DNA of 64,000 nt, taken from assembly GCA_013239625.1 (NCBI GenBank), contig MU053574.1, forward strand, positions 557,844 through 621,843, read 5' to 3'. This document shows, in pieces, positions 1 to 13,174 of the stretch; the first letter of the stretch is position 1; each line of letters opens with the position of its first letter. Source of the stretch: Lama guanicoe (taxonomy: Eukaryota). A model generated the notes under the pieces. It saw nothing but the letters and a program-made list of their open reading frames with translations. It was not told the origin of the DNA and made no database searches. The translations under genes and the position numbers were made by a program.

Positions 1-3000
1 CTCTGAGCCGTCGACGGGCTCGCGTGGGAACGGGCTGCCCAGGATGGCCCGGGGTGGAGGGCTCTGCCCAGGGGGTGCTCAGACCCCAGCCACATCCTCT
101 CCTTCGTCACTTTCGGGGGAGACTCGTTCGAGGGGCTCGGTGGACTCCTGAGTAAATAGTAGGACAGCCCTTTGTTGCCTTCACAAGGGGGGGTGCTCAG
201 CAGTGCGATGTGGTCCAGGGACCACCTTTTAAAAATCTCCAGCTGGATCAGAAGCCTCTTCCCATCGTCTCCCAGTTGCCTGTTGCCCAGACTGAACAGT
301 TTCTTTGAACTGCTGGTGACCATGAGGACGAGAGGGAGTAGAAACAGACTCGGGGCCCAGCGTGTCAGCACGACCACTGTGACAGATGCCCCTCTGGAAA
401 TCTCAGTTAGACTTTGCACCTGTGCTTGGCCATCAGTGTGAATGAGTGCAGAGACGCGGAATTAGCTGAGGACAGGGCACGGATGGGAACAGGCACCCGT
501 GGGGGGAGGAGGGAAGGAGATCTCAGGATGGGGTGAGACCGGGCTGCCAAGAGGGGGCGCCCTTTGAAATGGGTCTTAAAGGAAGGATGGCAGCTGCTGT
601 GGACGGGACCCCTCCTCAGTCATCCGTTCGGAGCAGCCTTCCCTGCCCCTTGCTCAGCTGTTTACAGCAAGAAACATTACTCAAAGGTAGGACGTATTGC
701 CTTAAGTGGACAATCTCATCTTGTTGGGAGCCAAGTGGAAAAAGATCACGGAGGGTTTGTTTTTGTTTTTCAGGTGAGAACCCCACGCGTAGCCAAGTAC
801 AGTGACACACGACACTGCCAGGAACAAGATTCCATCTGTCCCTAACGAGGCCTAAGAAAGGTCCAGAGAGACTCTGCAAGTAGGATAATGAAAGCCACGC
901 GCTCCCACAGAAGAGGCAGCCGAACTTTGCCGTGGCCTGGAGTTCTCCTTCCCGCAAGCTAATTTGTCGGCTTCTCTTTTAAAGGCCAGCCCAATCAAAC
1001 ACAACCTCCGTGGGGCTGTAACCAGGGCGTAGTTTGCATGGAGTGTCATGGCATTTTGTGTCCTTGCTCTGGGTGGCCCTGGGATGCTCCAAGTGATAAA
1101 GCACTTCTGGTTTAAGGGGACTTTGAAAGAAGGGCCTTGGTATGTGGCTTGGGTGGGGAGGACTGCCTCAAGCCAGGGGTCGGTTGAGGTCAACAGATTG
1201 CCCTGGAGTACCCGGCGCGTCTGCCCTGCAGCCTGGACCCCCCGCTGGCTCACCCAGCCTCGTTTGCCCAGTGGTGAAGGAAGCACTGGTCTTGGCTACG
1301 CTATGGGCAAGTCCAGTTTCTCAAAAGCCAATATGCCAATCCAATTTGCTTTCCTGAAGGAGCCTTCATTTTCAGAAAAGTCTTCCCTATCCCATTCCGT
1401 TCAGAAAGGTGCTGCATCACATCACTGCCCAGCTGGTGAAAAAGGTGATGTGTAGGCGGCTTCTCCGGGATGTACCTACCAGGAGAGTACTTGGAGATGC
1501 TGCTTCCAGCACCTGCTCCCTTCTACTGCCAGCAGAAACCCCAGTGACAGCTGAATACTTCTGATGGAAAAAAGAGGCTTAATTCTACTTTATTCGTGGT
1601 GGTTAGGACAACCAAAGTTTCACCCTCATAGTTGAAAGGAAGCGAACGGACTCACATCAGTTGTTTAACATTTTAGAAAGCATTCAGGTTCCTGGGGTGA
1701 CAAGATGCTGTGTTTCCCGCCGGATCTGATTTTTAAATAGACAAGTTACAAACCTCCTGAAAATTGGAGTTTATAATTGAAATATTGATAAACTCTTTCC
1801 CATAAAGAAGCTACCAGATACTGTACTAATAACTAGGAAACAGGGAAAAAACAGTAAGAATGCTTTTCTCTGCTTAACCAAGAAATACAATGGCAGAGTT
1901 TATTGCTTACAAAACACAGCTGCCTCTCCTCAAATTGGATAGAGAGATGAACCCCGATAAATTATGATGCCCCTAAATTCCAAAGAATGTACATCAATTA
2001 TTGGGGGTGCCACCGTCATCCTTCTGGGCAGCCTACTTATTAGGGCCATAATTTATTATTATTATGCTTTGGTGCAAATATGCTTTAGCTGATAAAATTC
2101 AGATCTATTAAAACAAACGTCCTCCTTTCTCTGAATCAGTAAGAGACAACATTCCAAAAGGAAGTGTTGTAAATTAGAAAAGCAAATGGTTCTTATGTAC
2201 TCAGAAGTGAGAGACCAAAGATAATTGAAGGAGGAAGCATGCCCTATTATCCAGACTTTCTGAATCTCATCCCGGAATTCAGGAATTGCTACAACAATGA
2301 GCAGCAAGATGCAGGATTGGAGCACCATTGTCTGGTGGTTCCGGCCGCTGCCTCTGGACTGAAGCCCCTTTTTATGAAATGATTCTATGTTATTTTTTAA
2401 AAAGTGAATCTTTCAGGTTCAGTTTTAACCAACATGAGGCACATTGCCTTCTTTAAGAGACATGAATTATATAGGCTTTTTTTAAAAGCTGAATGTTTGA
2501 TTTGGGAGGGATTTTGGACATCCAGACTCCCCACCGTGATGCTCAGCCAAAGAAAAGCCAAGCCGTTTGTATGGCTGAGCACGCACCAGGACTCCGACGC
2601 GGCGCCGCGAAGTGCTTCTCAGCCATTTTCTTATCAGAAGCAGAACTGCCTCTTAGAACGAGAGAATTTGAGAGTCACAAAGGGCCAAGAGGGTGCCTGG
2701 TCTACCCTGCCACTCAGGGCCAATAAATGATCCTTGTGAAGGCAACGGCTCTCCAGGCTGGTGTTTGGTTCCTGTGGCTGGGCACCCCTACTGCCCTGGG
2801 CAGCCCACCTCTCTGAGTCTTAGTTGCCTGGCACAGACCTGATCGCTAGTGGGGATCCGATGATGGTGGCAGTGAGGCCATTCTTCCCTCTGCAGCAGAG
2901 CAGAAAAGCTGTCTCCCTGTCCACGGAGCAACACTGCTTCAGGACTTGGAAATCACGATGGAACTTAACCTTGGCCCTTTCCTCTTCTCGTGGTCCTCCC

Positions 3001-4420
3001 ATGGCTTCTGGACTGCTCACCAGCCTCCCTCCTCTCCTTCATGCCCACCGCACCCCAGGTGACCAGAGCAGAGCCCAGGCTCTCTCTGCGGAGGGGGAGG
3101 GTGCCGGGCAGGAGCTGCCTGCTCATACCGTCAGTGCGCCAACAAGCACCCCTTGGTCTCTCGCTGTGAGATTGTCCTCGTGAACAAGCTTGGTCTTCCC
3201 AGCTTAGGCTCCCAAAGAGGCAACGTCAAAGCTCTCCTCAAGGCGTGAGCTGCAGAAGCACCTTCTCTGCCGTAGCCCCTTTCCTACAAGCCCACACCGA
3301 CCTGGAGGAGGGGACGCAGGCCTGGCGACCAGCCCTGCAGATAGCAAGGGGCGCCCTAAGGGGCTTAAAGTCGGGGAGCGATAGGAATTGGTGTGCTTTT
3401 TGGAAGATTCTCATGACTCCGTGTGGGGAACAGAGTGGAGGGGGTGACGTCAGGGAGGGAGAGGCCAGATAGGAGGCAACTGCAATCAGCCTGGGGAGGA
3501 ATCAGTGATGGGCCGGAACTTAGGGGGAGCAGCAGGGACAAAGAGGGACGGACAAAGTGAGTGTCATGCAATGAGGAGGAGAGAACTACCGAGTGGGGTT
3601 ATAGTGTGGCTGCTAGGTGGCTGGCTAGGCACACTCACTAGTTCAAATGACTCCTAAACACACACCTCGCGCTGCAAGGCGTACACACTCATACCTCCAG
3701 AGAACTGTGAAGCACCAGGTATCACAGCCCCTCATGTGCGCATTAAAGCCACCAGCACCCGAAGACCACAGTCTGAGGCAGACCCATTGCCCACATCCCC
3801 AAGTCCAAACTAAGTTCACAACCTTTCTGCAGACCAGCTACCTTTCTGGAATTTTCTATTTTGGTGAGAGCCACCATCATTGACTCAGTTGTCCAAGCCA
3901 AAAACCTGACAAAATCCATCCTCAGCTTTTCCTTGCCCCCCACCTTCAGTCAGGTACCTCCTAAGGAGCTCTCCAGTCCATCCCTTTGCCACTTCCCGCC
4001 GCTGCTGACTTACCTAAGACCCACCTCCACTTCCCCCCTGAACAGCTGCAGCCGCATTGGCAGCAGCTACCCCTGGGGCTCCCTGTCCCCGACCATTAAT
4101 AGCCTGCCCCAGGTAGTCTTGCAAAGAGCCAGCTCCTTTCATTTCAATTCTCTACTTAAAACCTTTAAAAGCACCACAGGGACATGAGCATCAGAGCCAA
4201 GATCTCAGGTAGCAGTGCCGTGTGAGGGTTAAGCACGGGCCTGGGCAGCGGGAGTTCACACCTTCGCTCTGCTGCTTACTAGCTATGTGGCTGCGGGGTG
4301 CCGGTGAGGCACGCCTCCACGTCCTTATCTGTAGGAGAGATAATATGAGGCCACACCTCATTGAAGCTCAGGGTCCTTCATTATTAACAATCCAGGCCTA
4401 CATCCAGCCTGTGCCCACAT

Positions 4421-5110
4421 TTTTTTAAATTGAAGTGTACTTGATTTATAACGTGTTAGTTGCTGGCTTACAGCATAGTGATTCAGTTATACGTAATATG
4501 CATATTCCTTTTCATATTCTCTTTCATTATAGGTTACTATGGGATATTGAATGTAGTTCCCTGTGCTGTACAGTAGCACCTTGTTGTTTATTTATTTTAT
4601 ATATAGGATTTTGTTCTGCTAATCCCAAACTCCTAATCTATCCCTCCCCTGCCCTACTTTCCCCTTTGGTAACCGTCAGTTTGTTTTCTACGTCTGAGAG
4701 TCTCTTTCTGTTTTGTAAATAAGTCCATGTGTGTCATTTATTTATTTTCTTTTTATTTTAAACTTTATTATTATTATTTTAACAGAGGCACTGGGGTTTA
4801 AACCCAGGACCTCATGCATGCTAAGCACACCATCTATCACTGAGCTATGCCCTCCCCCATATCACTTTTTTTTTTAGATTCCATGAATAAGTGATATCAT
4901 AATATTCGTTTTTCTCTTTTTTACTTCACCTAGTATGATCATCTCTAAGTTCATCCATATTGCTGCAAATGGCATTATTTCATTCTTTTTTATGACTGGG
5001 TATTATTTCATTGTGTGTGTGTGCGTATATATACACACCACATCTTTATCCAGTCACCTATTGATGGACATACAGTTTGCTTCCATATCTTGGCTACTGT
5101 AAATCGTGCT
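4421..5110 (-). mobile_element. 5'-truncated L1 3' end (cetartiodactyl/camelid type), interrupted by a SINE
   Basis: T-run then aattgaagtgtacttgatttataacgtgttag...ttccctgtgctgtacagtag...gatggacat, the reverse-complemented L1 3' UTR. Confidence 0.85.
4738..4858 (-). mobile_element. tRNA-derived SINE (vic-1-like), nested in L1
   Basis: Reverse complement GGGGAGGGCATAGCTCAGTGATAGA...GTCCTGGGTTTAAACCCCAG with A-rich tail. Confidence 0.85.
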
Positions 5111-5130
5111 TACGCCCATATTTAAAAAAA

Positions 5131-5267
5131 ATTTTTTTCTTTTTGCTGGGGGAGGTAATTAGGTTTATTTATTTAATGTTTTTCCTTTAATGGAGGTACT
5201 GGGGATTGAACCCAGGACCTCATGCATGCTAAACATGCACTCTGCCACTTGAGCTATACCCTCCCCC
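5131..5267 (-). mobile_element. tRNA-derived SINE (vic-1-like)
   Basis: Reverse complement GGGGGAGGGTATAGCTCAAGTGGCAGAG...GGTTCAATCCCCAGTACCTCC...AAATAAACCTAATTACCTCCCCC; A and B boxes present. Confidence 0.9.
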
Positions 5268-5469
5268 TGTGCCCATGTTGTGAAGTCCTCCCCTGTTCTC
5301 CCAGCGTCCACACCCCCAGGTCCCACCCGTGTGGCCCCAGCGACACTGCCGTTCTCATGCATGGCATTCTTCTTGCTGCTTCTCCACGTGCTATTTACTC
5401 CACCTGGAATTTCCTCCCTACCCCATTTGCCTGTCAGACCCTAAGTCACCCTCCAAAACTCAAGAATCA

Positions 5470-6170
5470 CAAATTAAAAATACAGACAACAGCCAATGTG
5501 GGTGAGAAGGTGGAGCCACTGGAACGCTCATACGCTGCTGAGGAGAATGCAAAATGGTATGGCTACATTGGGAAACAATACGGTAGAAACTTACTAAGAT
5601 TGCATTTATCATGTAACTAAGGTCCTGTTCCTAGATATTTACCCAAGAGAAACAAAAATATCTGCCTACACAAAAACATGTATGGGGCTGTTCATAACAG
5701 AATTATTCATAATAGCCCCAAACGGGCAGCAACCCAAACGTCCATCAGCTGGGGAATGGATAAGCAAATTGTGGTGCATCTTTACGATGGAAAACCACTT
5801 GACAATAAAACAGAACGAGGAACAGATACACACTACGACATGGATGAATCACAAGTGCATTATGCTAATGAAAGAAGTCACACAGAAGAGACTGTGAACC
5901 ATGGGCTTCCTTATACCCTAAATTCTAGGAAAGACAAAACTGCATTGACAGAAAGCAATCAGCAGTTCCTGGGGCCAGGAGTTGGAAGGGGATCAGGTGT
6001 GAAGGGGCACAAGGGAGCTTTTCTGGGGGAGAAAACTGTTCCATATCTTGACTGTGATGGAGATTAGGTAATTGTCCAAGCTTACCAGAACTTGCCAAAC
6101 TGTATGCTTAAAATGGGTGAATTTTAATGATGCAAATAATGCCTTCATAAACAATAAAGAGAGAAAAAAA
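5470..6170 (+). mobile_element. Ancient L1M ORF2 end / 3' UTR
   Basis: gtgggtgagaaggtggagccactggaacgctcatac...tcctagatatttacccaagagaa...atggataagcaaattgtgg, A-rich end. Confidence 0.8.
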
Positions 6171-8789
6171 TCAAAACCAACCTCCAGACTGGCCCCCTCT
6201 AAAAGCCTTCTCTGACTGCCCACCCACACACCTGCCCTATCCTTATTCCTGTCCGGTTGTTGGACTTGCCCTTTAGTCAGACGGGCTATCTCTTGATCAG
6301 CCAAGAGGCGGGGGCCTGGGGTCCTTCATTCATCTCTGCCCCTCTGTGCCTTGTACTCAGGAAACCTTTCCATTCGTCCCCAACTCTGTCTCCCCAGGAT
6401 CATGCAGCCAAAGCTTTGTGATGTATGTGTAACATCCCTGTGTGTGCATGTGTTCCTGAGCGACTAAAACCTGAGCTTTTTCTCTCTCCTCATTTCTGAA
6501 TTAAACCAAAAAGCTAAATTAGCCCTCTGCCCAGGAGACCTGTATTATCTTGCAAACAGCTAGCACCTCCAAGTTGTCATCTAATTAAGCCACACTCCCA
6601 AACAAAGCACATAACAGTGTCACTGCATTAACGATGCTACCCGCCCTGGCAGCCCTAACTGCACACTACAGCGGCTGGCTGTAAAACAGATAACCCGCCG
6701 CCGTGTAAACTGCGCTCCTAAGTAGGTCCCTCCCTTCAGCAGATCTCCTTTGAACGCTGGGTGGTTTTATGAAGAAATATTCCAGGGCTGGGCACGGAAT
6801 GGAAGTGGTAGGTTGGTTCTTTAATCAGCCTAATTTTCCAGGGTGTTCTACCTTTTAGCATTCCAGAAATCTGCTCTTTGAACCTATACGTAGCGCTGGC
6901 TGTTTGAAGTCCCCGTGTTGGTTGCTGTCAGCAGCTGAGTGTGTGTTTGAGAGGAGTGTGTGTTTGAGAGGAGGGTGTGTGGGGGTCGCGGGCACGCTGT
7001 TCTGTGCAGACCAGAGCCACGTCTGCACCCTGCTGGGGGGGGTGGTGTGGGGGGAGACGGTGGGGAGAGGCCACACGCTTCAGGGAGCGGGAGTGAGGAT
7101 CTGGTCCAAGGCAGGGGTGGCTGACAAAGCCCCCTGCAGCTTTGCAGGGTGAATTATTTGCCAGGCTTGAAATGAAGCTGGAATTAGAATAAGATGGCTT
7201 TTTTCCCCTTGGGAGGGGGTCCCCTAGAACAGAAAACGATCAGTTCATTTGACCTAGTTCACTTTTCTGCATCCCCCCAAAAGAGGCAGGTGCTAACTGA
7301 TAGATGGATGTGCGCCACCTCCAGCTGCATTCAGATTTCGCTCATCAGTTGATTTTAAGGGGGGAAAGCACTAAATGCAGAATCGGCGGCAGAGTGTGGA
7401 TGCCGGAGGGTGAGGCTCAGGTGAACCCTGGCTCCCTTACTCTATCAACTCTGAGACTTCGGGGGCCAGTCACCCACAGCGCTTGGGCCTCAGCTTTCTC
7501 CTCTGTAAAATGGGAGAACTAATTCCTCTCTCACCAGGCTGCTGGGAGGCTTAACTTGAACGAGATGATGCCACACATCACTTAGCCCGCTTTCTGACGC
7601 GGTGGAGCCCTCAGTCCCCCGCAGGGTAATCATTACTGTGATGCTCCGCATCCAATTGCAAGAGAAATGAGCCAATTGGCCACACACACGTGGTCACTGT
7701 GTAGCACGTGCAGGACCTCAAGGCTCAGCCAATGGTGACGATGTGGATGACAAAAGGCCCAACTTTTACTGGGTTTTTCTGAAAGAGCCTCCTACTCAGA
7801 ATTCAACATTTTAATACAAAGACATCAGGGAAAGGAATGAACACGGGGGATGAAAAGAAAAGGGCGGGGCTGGGAGAAAGGCTTAGTAATTCTCAAATCA
7901 AGGCGAGGCGCTTCCCTCCCCACCCTACCCCCGGCCCCTAAACTTGCTGGCAAGGACTGGACGGCTGACGGCACACCCCGCCCCTGGCATGTCACCCCAC
8001 AATGATCAGGACATCTAGGGGAAGGAAAGCTGGCGTTAAGTGCTGGCTCCTTCGAGCACCAGCACAACTGTACCGCCTGGTGCCTGTTGATGTGGCCCAG
8101 GGACTGTCTGCACGGGAACCCCCCAAATGCAGATTCTGGGCCCCCTTCTGAGTCAGACTCTCCAGACACGAGGCCCGAGGAGCTGTGTTTCTGACAGGCC
8201 CCCGGGCTGTGAAGTGGGCTGTGAGCGGCACTGTAAGGCATCTGTCCCGGCTTCCTTAGAGCTGGCGTTTCCGCGGCAAAGAAGGAAAACCGGGCCACTC
8301 GTGCCTGGCAGACTTGCGAGACCCAGGGCTGCGGGCGGCAGCCTCGGGTTCCGGGTCAAGGTCCACCCCTCTCCAGGGGCTGCTCTCTGCAGTGGCTCAG
8401 GCTGACCCTTTAATTTTCTAGGTTTTAAGGAGGCTCTTCTGAACCTTTTCTCCATAGTGAGCTAGTTGGCAGGTCAAGTTCATGTGTGCTCACAGTGCCC
8501 GGGAACAAATCCAGATCTTGAGAAAAGTCCCCACTGTGATCATGAATAGGACAGTTCAGTCAGAACAGTCCTTTGTGATCAGCATATCTGTGTGAGGGCC
8601 CAGAGCATCTGCCTCTTGCTGGAGGCTGTGTCGGATGATGGAGAGTGGTACCCAAGGCCCCCAGCCCAGCCTGCAGCCCCCCCACCCCGGGAGAGCCCTC
8701 AGAGGGCAGAGGGTGAGAGGAGCAAGAACAGGCACTTGCTCTCGTCTACTTTGTTGTTTAAAAGCTGGTGACCTGTGCGCTTTTGTTCT

Positions 8790-9230
8790 TAGCAGCTTTA
8801 CTCACAATCGCCCAAGTACCACTGGTGATGAATGGATAAACAAAAGGTGGTTTATCCATACAATGGAATATTACTCAGCCATAAAAAGAAATTTCTGACA
8901 CATGCTACAACATAGATGAACCTCGAAAACATCATGCTGAATGAAATAAGCCCATCACGAAGGGACAAATGCTGTAGGATTCCACTTACACAGAGACCTC
9001 GAGTAATCAAACCCATGGGGACAGAAAGTAGAATGGTCATCGCCAGAGGCAGGGTGGGAGGGGGAAAGAGACAGTTATTGCTTAGCCGGGACAGAGTTTC
9101 GGCGGGGGAAGATGAGAAAGTTCTGCAGATGGATGGCGACGGTCGCACACAATGTGAATGTATTAAACATAGTTAAAAATGGTTAGATGGTCGATTTTAC
9201 GTCATGTGTATTTCAACTCAATTTTTCAAG
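8790..9230 (+). mobile_element. L1MB-like 3' end
   Basis: gatgaatggataaacaaaaggtggtttatccatacaatggaatattactcagccataaaaag...gatgagaaagttctgcagatggatgg. Confidence 0.85.
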
Positions 9231-10264
9231 GGCAGAAAGGCAGTAACTTGCGAACGTCCGTATTTTACCAGTAGCAACAAATGTTTTGCAGCACACCTCA
9301 CGGTGACTCCAGAGCCTGCAGGAGGCCCCGGGGGCCATCAGGCAGGAAGGCCTTCCTGGGGGGCCGCGGTGGGGGGCGGGGGAGCGCGCGGCCGGGAGCG
9401 CAGGCTGCGGGGGCCGGTGTGAGGCGTGTGCATGCTGCTGCTTCATTTCTTTCTCGTTCCTCTTTCCTGGCACATGTTCAGCCCATAATTAGGAAGATTC
9501 TCCAAGGAGAGAGACTACTTCCTACCCAGATGACAAGCCGTGGCTTAGGCAGATCACTTTCCAGATGTGACATTCGTCTCCCTGGCAATGCTGCAGGTGG
9601 CTCTGGGTTTATGTGGCCGGAAAGCTCCACCTGAGGCCCTGATCCTCACAGATACCTTCTTCCGTCGCTGGTGCTCATGCCCAGGCTTTCCCTCTGCAGC
9701 TCACTTCCCTCAGAGCTGCAAGGCCCCTCTCGGGAGAAGCAGAAAGGGGAAGGGGGCAGGGGGGCTTCAGAACCCAGTGAGGGGTGGGGTGGAGCCCTTC
9801 ACCTGGGGGGCTTCCCAGCTCTCATCACGGGATTGTCCACGTGTTGGTGAACCCTGGCTGCTGCCATCCTCTATCCAGGGCCCAATGCAGAGCTGACACC
9901 CAGTAAATGGCTGTTGATTCAATGGTTGATTGAATAAAATGGGAAAATGGCCCAGAACCACCACTGATTTCATGCAGTGTTATGAGTGCAAAGTTCATGC
10001 TTTGCAGGCCCAGATAAGCGATTTTCAAGCACCAATATCTGCAGTTCAGGCATGTCCAGGAGCCCCACACCTAGAGCCTGGAGTCCTATTTTCAAGGGAA
10101 TGCTCTGATTTGAGCCTCACAGACCAATATAAGTGACAATAACTGACATTTTGGTAACATAATAATCCAAAATGAGCACTGTTGCCTCGTGACGTTTATG
10201 CCTAGACGGTCTGTTTTACATCAAACAGGCACAGGCCTATTTTACATTGAAAGATTTCTTTTCA

Positions 10265-10842
10265 GTGAGTATAAATGCCCATCAACAAGTGACTGGATAA
10301 CGAAGTTGAGGTACACACACACCACAGAATAACTTTCAGCCCTGGAAAGGAGAGAAATACTGATATACGCTACAACGTAGATGAACCTTGAAAATGTGAT
10401 GCCAAGCAAAAGCAGCCAGACACGAAAGGTCACATGTCATATGATTCTTTTTACACGAAATGCCCAGAATGGGCAAACCCACACAGACGGAAGACAGATG
10501 AGTGGTTACTAGGGGAAGAGGGGAGAGAGAACGGGTCTGGAGTGTTCTTCTGGGGTGATGGAGAAGTTTTGAAACCAGAGAGCTGGTGGTTGCACAACAC
10601 TGTGAAGCACTAGATGCTGCTGCATTGTTCTCTTTGTTTATTTTCTTAAGTATTTGACTTCATTTTTATCTGGGGGAGATAATTAGGTTTACTTGTTTAT
10701 TTTGACGGAGGCCCTGGGGATTGAACCCAGGACCTCGTGCCTGTGCAGCACGCACTCTACCCCTGAGCTAGACGCCTCCCCCCGCCGAATCGCACCTTTA
10801 AATGGTTCATTGTATGTGGATTTCACCTCGATGAAAAAAATC
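10265..10842 (+). mobile_element. L1MB-like 3' end interrupted by a minus-strand vic-1-like SINE (~10633-10783)
   Basis: aaatgcccatcaacaagtgactggataac...gatgaaccttgaaaatgtgatg; SINE core ggggattgaacccaggacctcgtgc. Confidence 0.8.
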
Positions 10843-11221
10843 CAAGTAGACAATAACCTGTAAGTTAAGATTAATGAGGTGGTGCAAAATGATGCAGCAT
10901 GAAGTATAACACGGATTTTTTTTTTTCTCATTTGGATATACTTTGCCAGTTGCAATCACAAGATCCAAATGCTACGCTGTCCAGGTAAGAACGGTTTCCT
11001 AATTTCTCTCCCTTGTGATTTCTTGTTCCACGTCTGGCTTCCTGGCTGGCTTCCCAAGGGGTGGGGGGGTGCCTTTTCTGTCTTATTCTTTGTATTCCTA
11101 GCACCTAAATTGGCTCCTGGTATGTAGTAAATGCCAAATAAATGTGCATTGAATAAGTGAATGACACCAGCATCTGAGCTTCACTTAGCCTGGGTGAGGG
11201 GTGGAGGGTAGCGTGGGCCAG

Positions 11222-11370
11222 CTCTTCTCAACCTGGAACCCATCATCGGGGACCTTGTTAAAATGCAGATTCTGATTCATAGGTCTGGGGTGGGAGCTGA
11301 GATTCTGCATTTCCAGAAGTGCCCAAGGATATGGATGCTACTGGTCCACCAGCTCCTGGAGGAGCAAGAG
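11222..11370. mobile_element. MER5A-like hAT-Charlie MITE
   Basis: cttgttaaaatgcagattctgattcataggtctggggtgggagctgagattctgcatttc. Confidence 0.75.
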
Positions 11371-12439
11371 CCCAGGCATGCCGGACCCCAAGCCTTTTCA
11401 CGGAAGATCTCACCCAGCCTCCCTGCACACTTCCTGGTTACCCTGGGGAGGATGATTAAAGCAACTGGCAGTTTCTTCCCATGATTCCAAGGTAGGCTGT
11501 CATTCCAAGGAAAATACGTCCACTTCAATTCAGAACGCTTGGTGTTCGGTGTTTTCTTACGTGTGGCAGGGGAGGGGGAGGGGGAGGGAAAGTCTGTGGC
11601 CCCCTCCCCAAAAGAAACACGCTGTTCTTCTGCCTTTGTGTTTCCGAGCATGTACACGCAGTTGGAATCACAGCTAATAAACAGGTCATCTTGTACTTCC
11701 AAAACAAAAACGTGCTGTGTTTCAGTAGAATAGCAACTGTACATTAAAAAGCTGTCAACTTCACTACAATTTCCCTGAACCTTGCACTGCAGAAAGATAC
11801 CTTGTCACTCAGAGTCGAGTGCAGTTTCACTGAAATATCTCCTTGTCTGTGTAAATAATGAGCAGAATTGCATGAGCGTATCTGGCCCCAGCCTCCTCTC
11901 CCCACTACTCCCAAAGAAACATGCAAATAGATTTATGGGGTGAGCTTCTCAACACTTCACTTTGAAAACAAAGGCAGGTTGTCCCACCGACCCGGTGTTG
12001 TGTATTTAGGATACAGAGGAGGGAGCTGGGGGTCCCGGGACAAGGAGGGAAGGGTGATGGTGATGAAAACAGTGGTCTTTGCAGCTTCCAGTCAAGGAAG
12101 CCAAACTGCTATTCAACTGTGATTTTGAGAACACACACAGGTTGCATCAGAAAGTGCTGCAGATGGGAGATATTTGCCGAAGAAGAATGACCCAGACCCC
12201 AGAAAGTGTCAGCCCACACAGCCTGCAGATTTCAAGACCCAACAGCCCTGCCACCACCTGCCATTGGTAGGAGCTTCAAGTCCCTTCACCCTCGTGAGCT
12301 TCAAGTCCTTTGACTCTCAAAGAACAGTGATACTAGTGACGGCCTCACAAGGTGGAAGCAAATGAGGTGATGAGTGCAAAAGTACTTTAAACCCTCAAGT
12401 ATGATCCAGTTGCTAATCATTATTGTCAGGAGCTTATCA

Positions 12440-12680
12440 GTGGAAATCAAGGTATGAGCTTTGGCACCAGCCCAACTGAGGTTCCGATCTTGGCTCCATC
12501 CCTCACCAGTAGTGTAACTTCAGGCAAGTTTCTTCACCTCTCTGAGCCTCGGTTTCCTCATCTGTAAAATGGGGATAATAATGGTATTTGCCCTTGTGGG
12601 GTTATTGTAAGGATTTGATGCAAGAGTGCACGTTGGAACTACTGCCTGGCTGATAGAAAGAACTTAGGAAATGTGGTATT
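12440..12680 (+). mobile_element. MIR SINE (other MIR pieces near 4210, 7400, 24540, 29700, 37630, 59570, 60240)
   Basis: MIR core caggcaagtttcttcacctctctgagcctcggtttcctcatctgtaaaatggggataataat. Confidence 0.9.
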
Positions 12681-12714
12681 GCTGAAGCTGCTGCTGACAG
12701 TGACTCCCCACTGA

Positions 12715-12800
12715 CGATAATGACAGTGATGACAAGGAGGGTGATGATGATGTGATGAAGATATTGATGATGGTGATGATGGTGATGATGGTGATGACAG
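12715..12800 (+). repeat. Imperfect (GAT/GGTGATGAT)n simple repeat
   Basis: gatgatggtgatgatggtgatgatggtgatgac. Confidence 0.85.
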
Positions 12801-13174
12801 TGAGATCCCCCATTCCTGAGTGGAGATCTAGATCACTGCATCATAGGCTCAAGGAACAGGGAAGCCAGAGCCAGCGATTTAAGCAGGTGAAGAAACAGGG
12901 AAACTGGCCCTGCATCCTCGTGCCACAGAAGCCCTTTGCTGGCTTAGCAATCTCCACCTGCATCCCCCCGGGTCTTTGGGACCTAGGGCTGGACCCAGTG
13001 CAGAATAAAACATTATATTCAACTTCTTCCTAAGTATTTATTTAAGATTATTGACTGTATCACCTCCACCCCACAAAACGAAGGGGAACTCAGAGATCCT
13101 CTTTTCCCTGAGATTCTACTGCACAGTGATGATTACCATCGCCTGAAAATATACACATGAGAGACTCTAAAAAC

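Noticed and set aside
1..323. Minus-strand frame from the ATG at 323 (MVTSSSKKLF...) open to the window edge
   Set aside because: No similarity to CFAP77 downstream exons or any protein I recognise; cannot be evaluated without the flanking sequence
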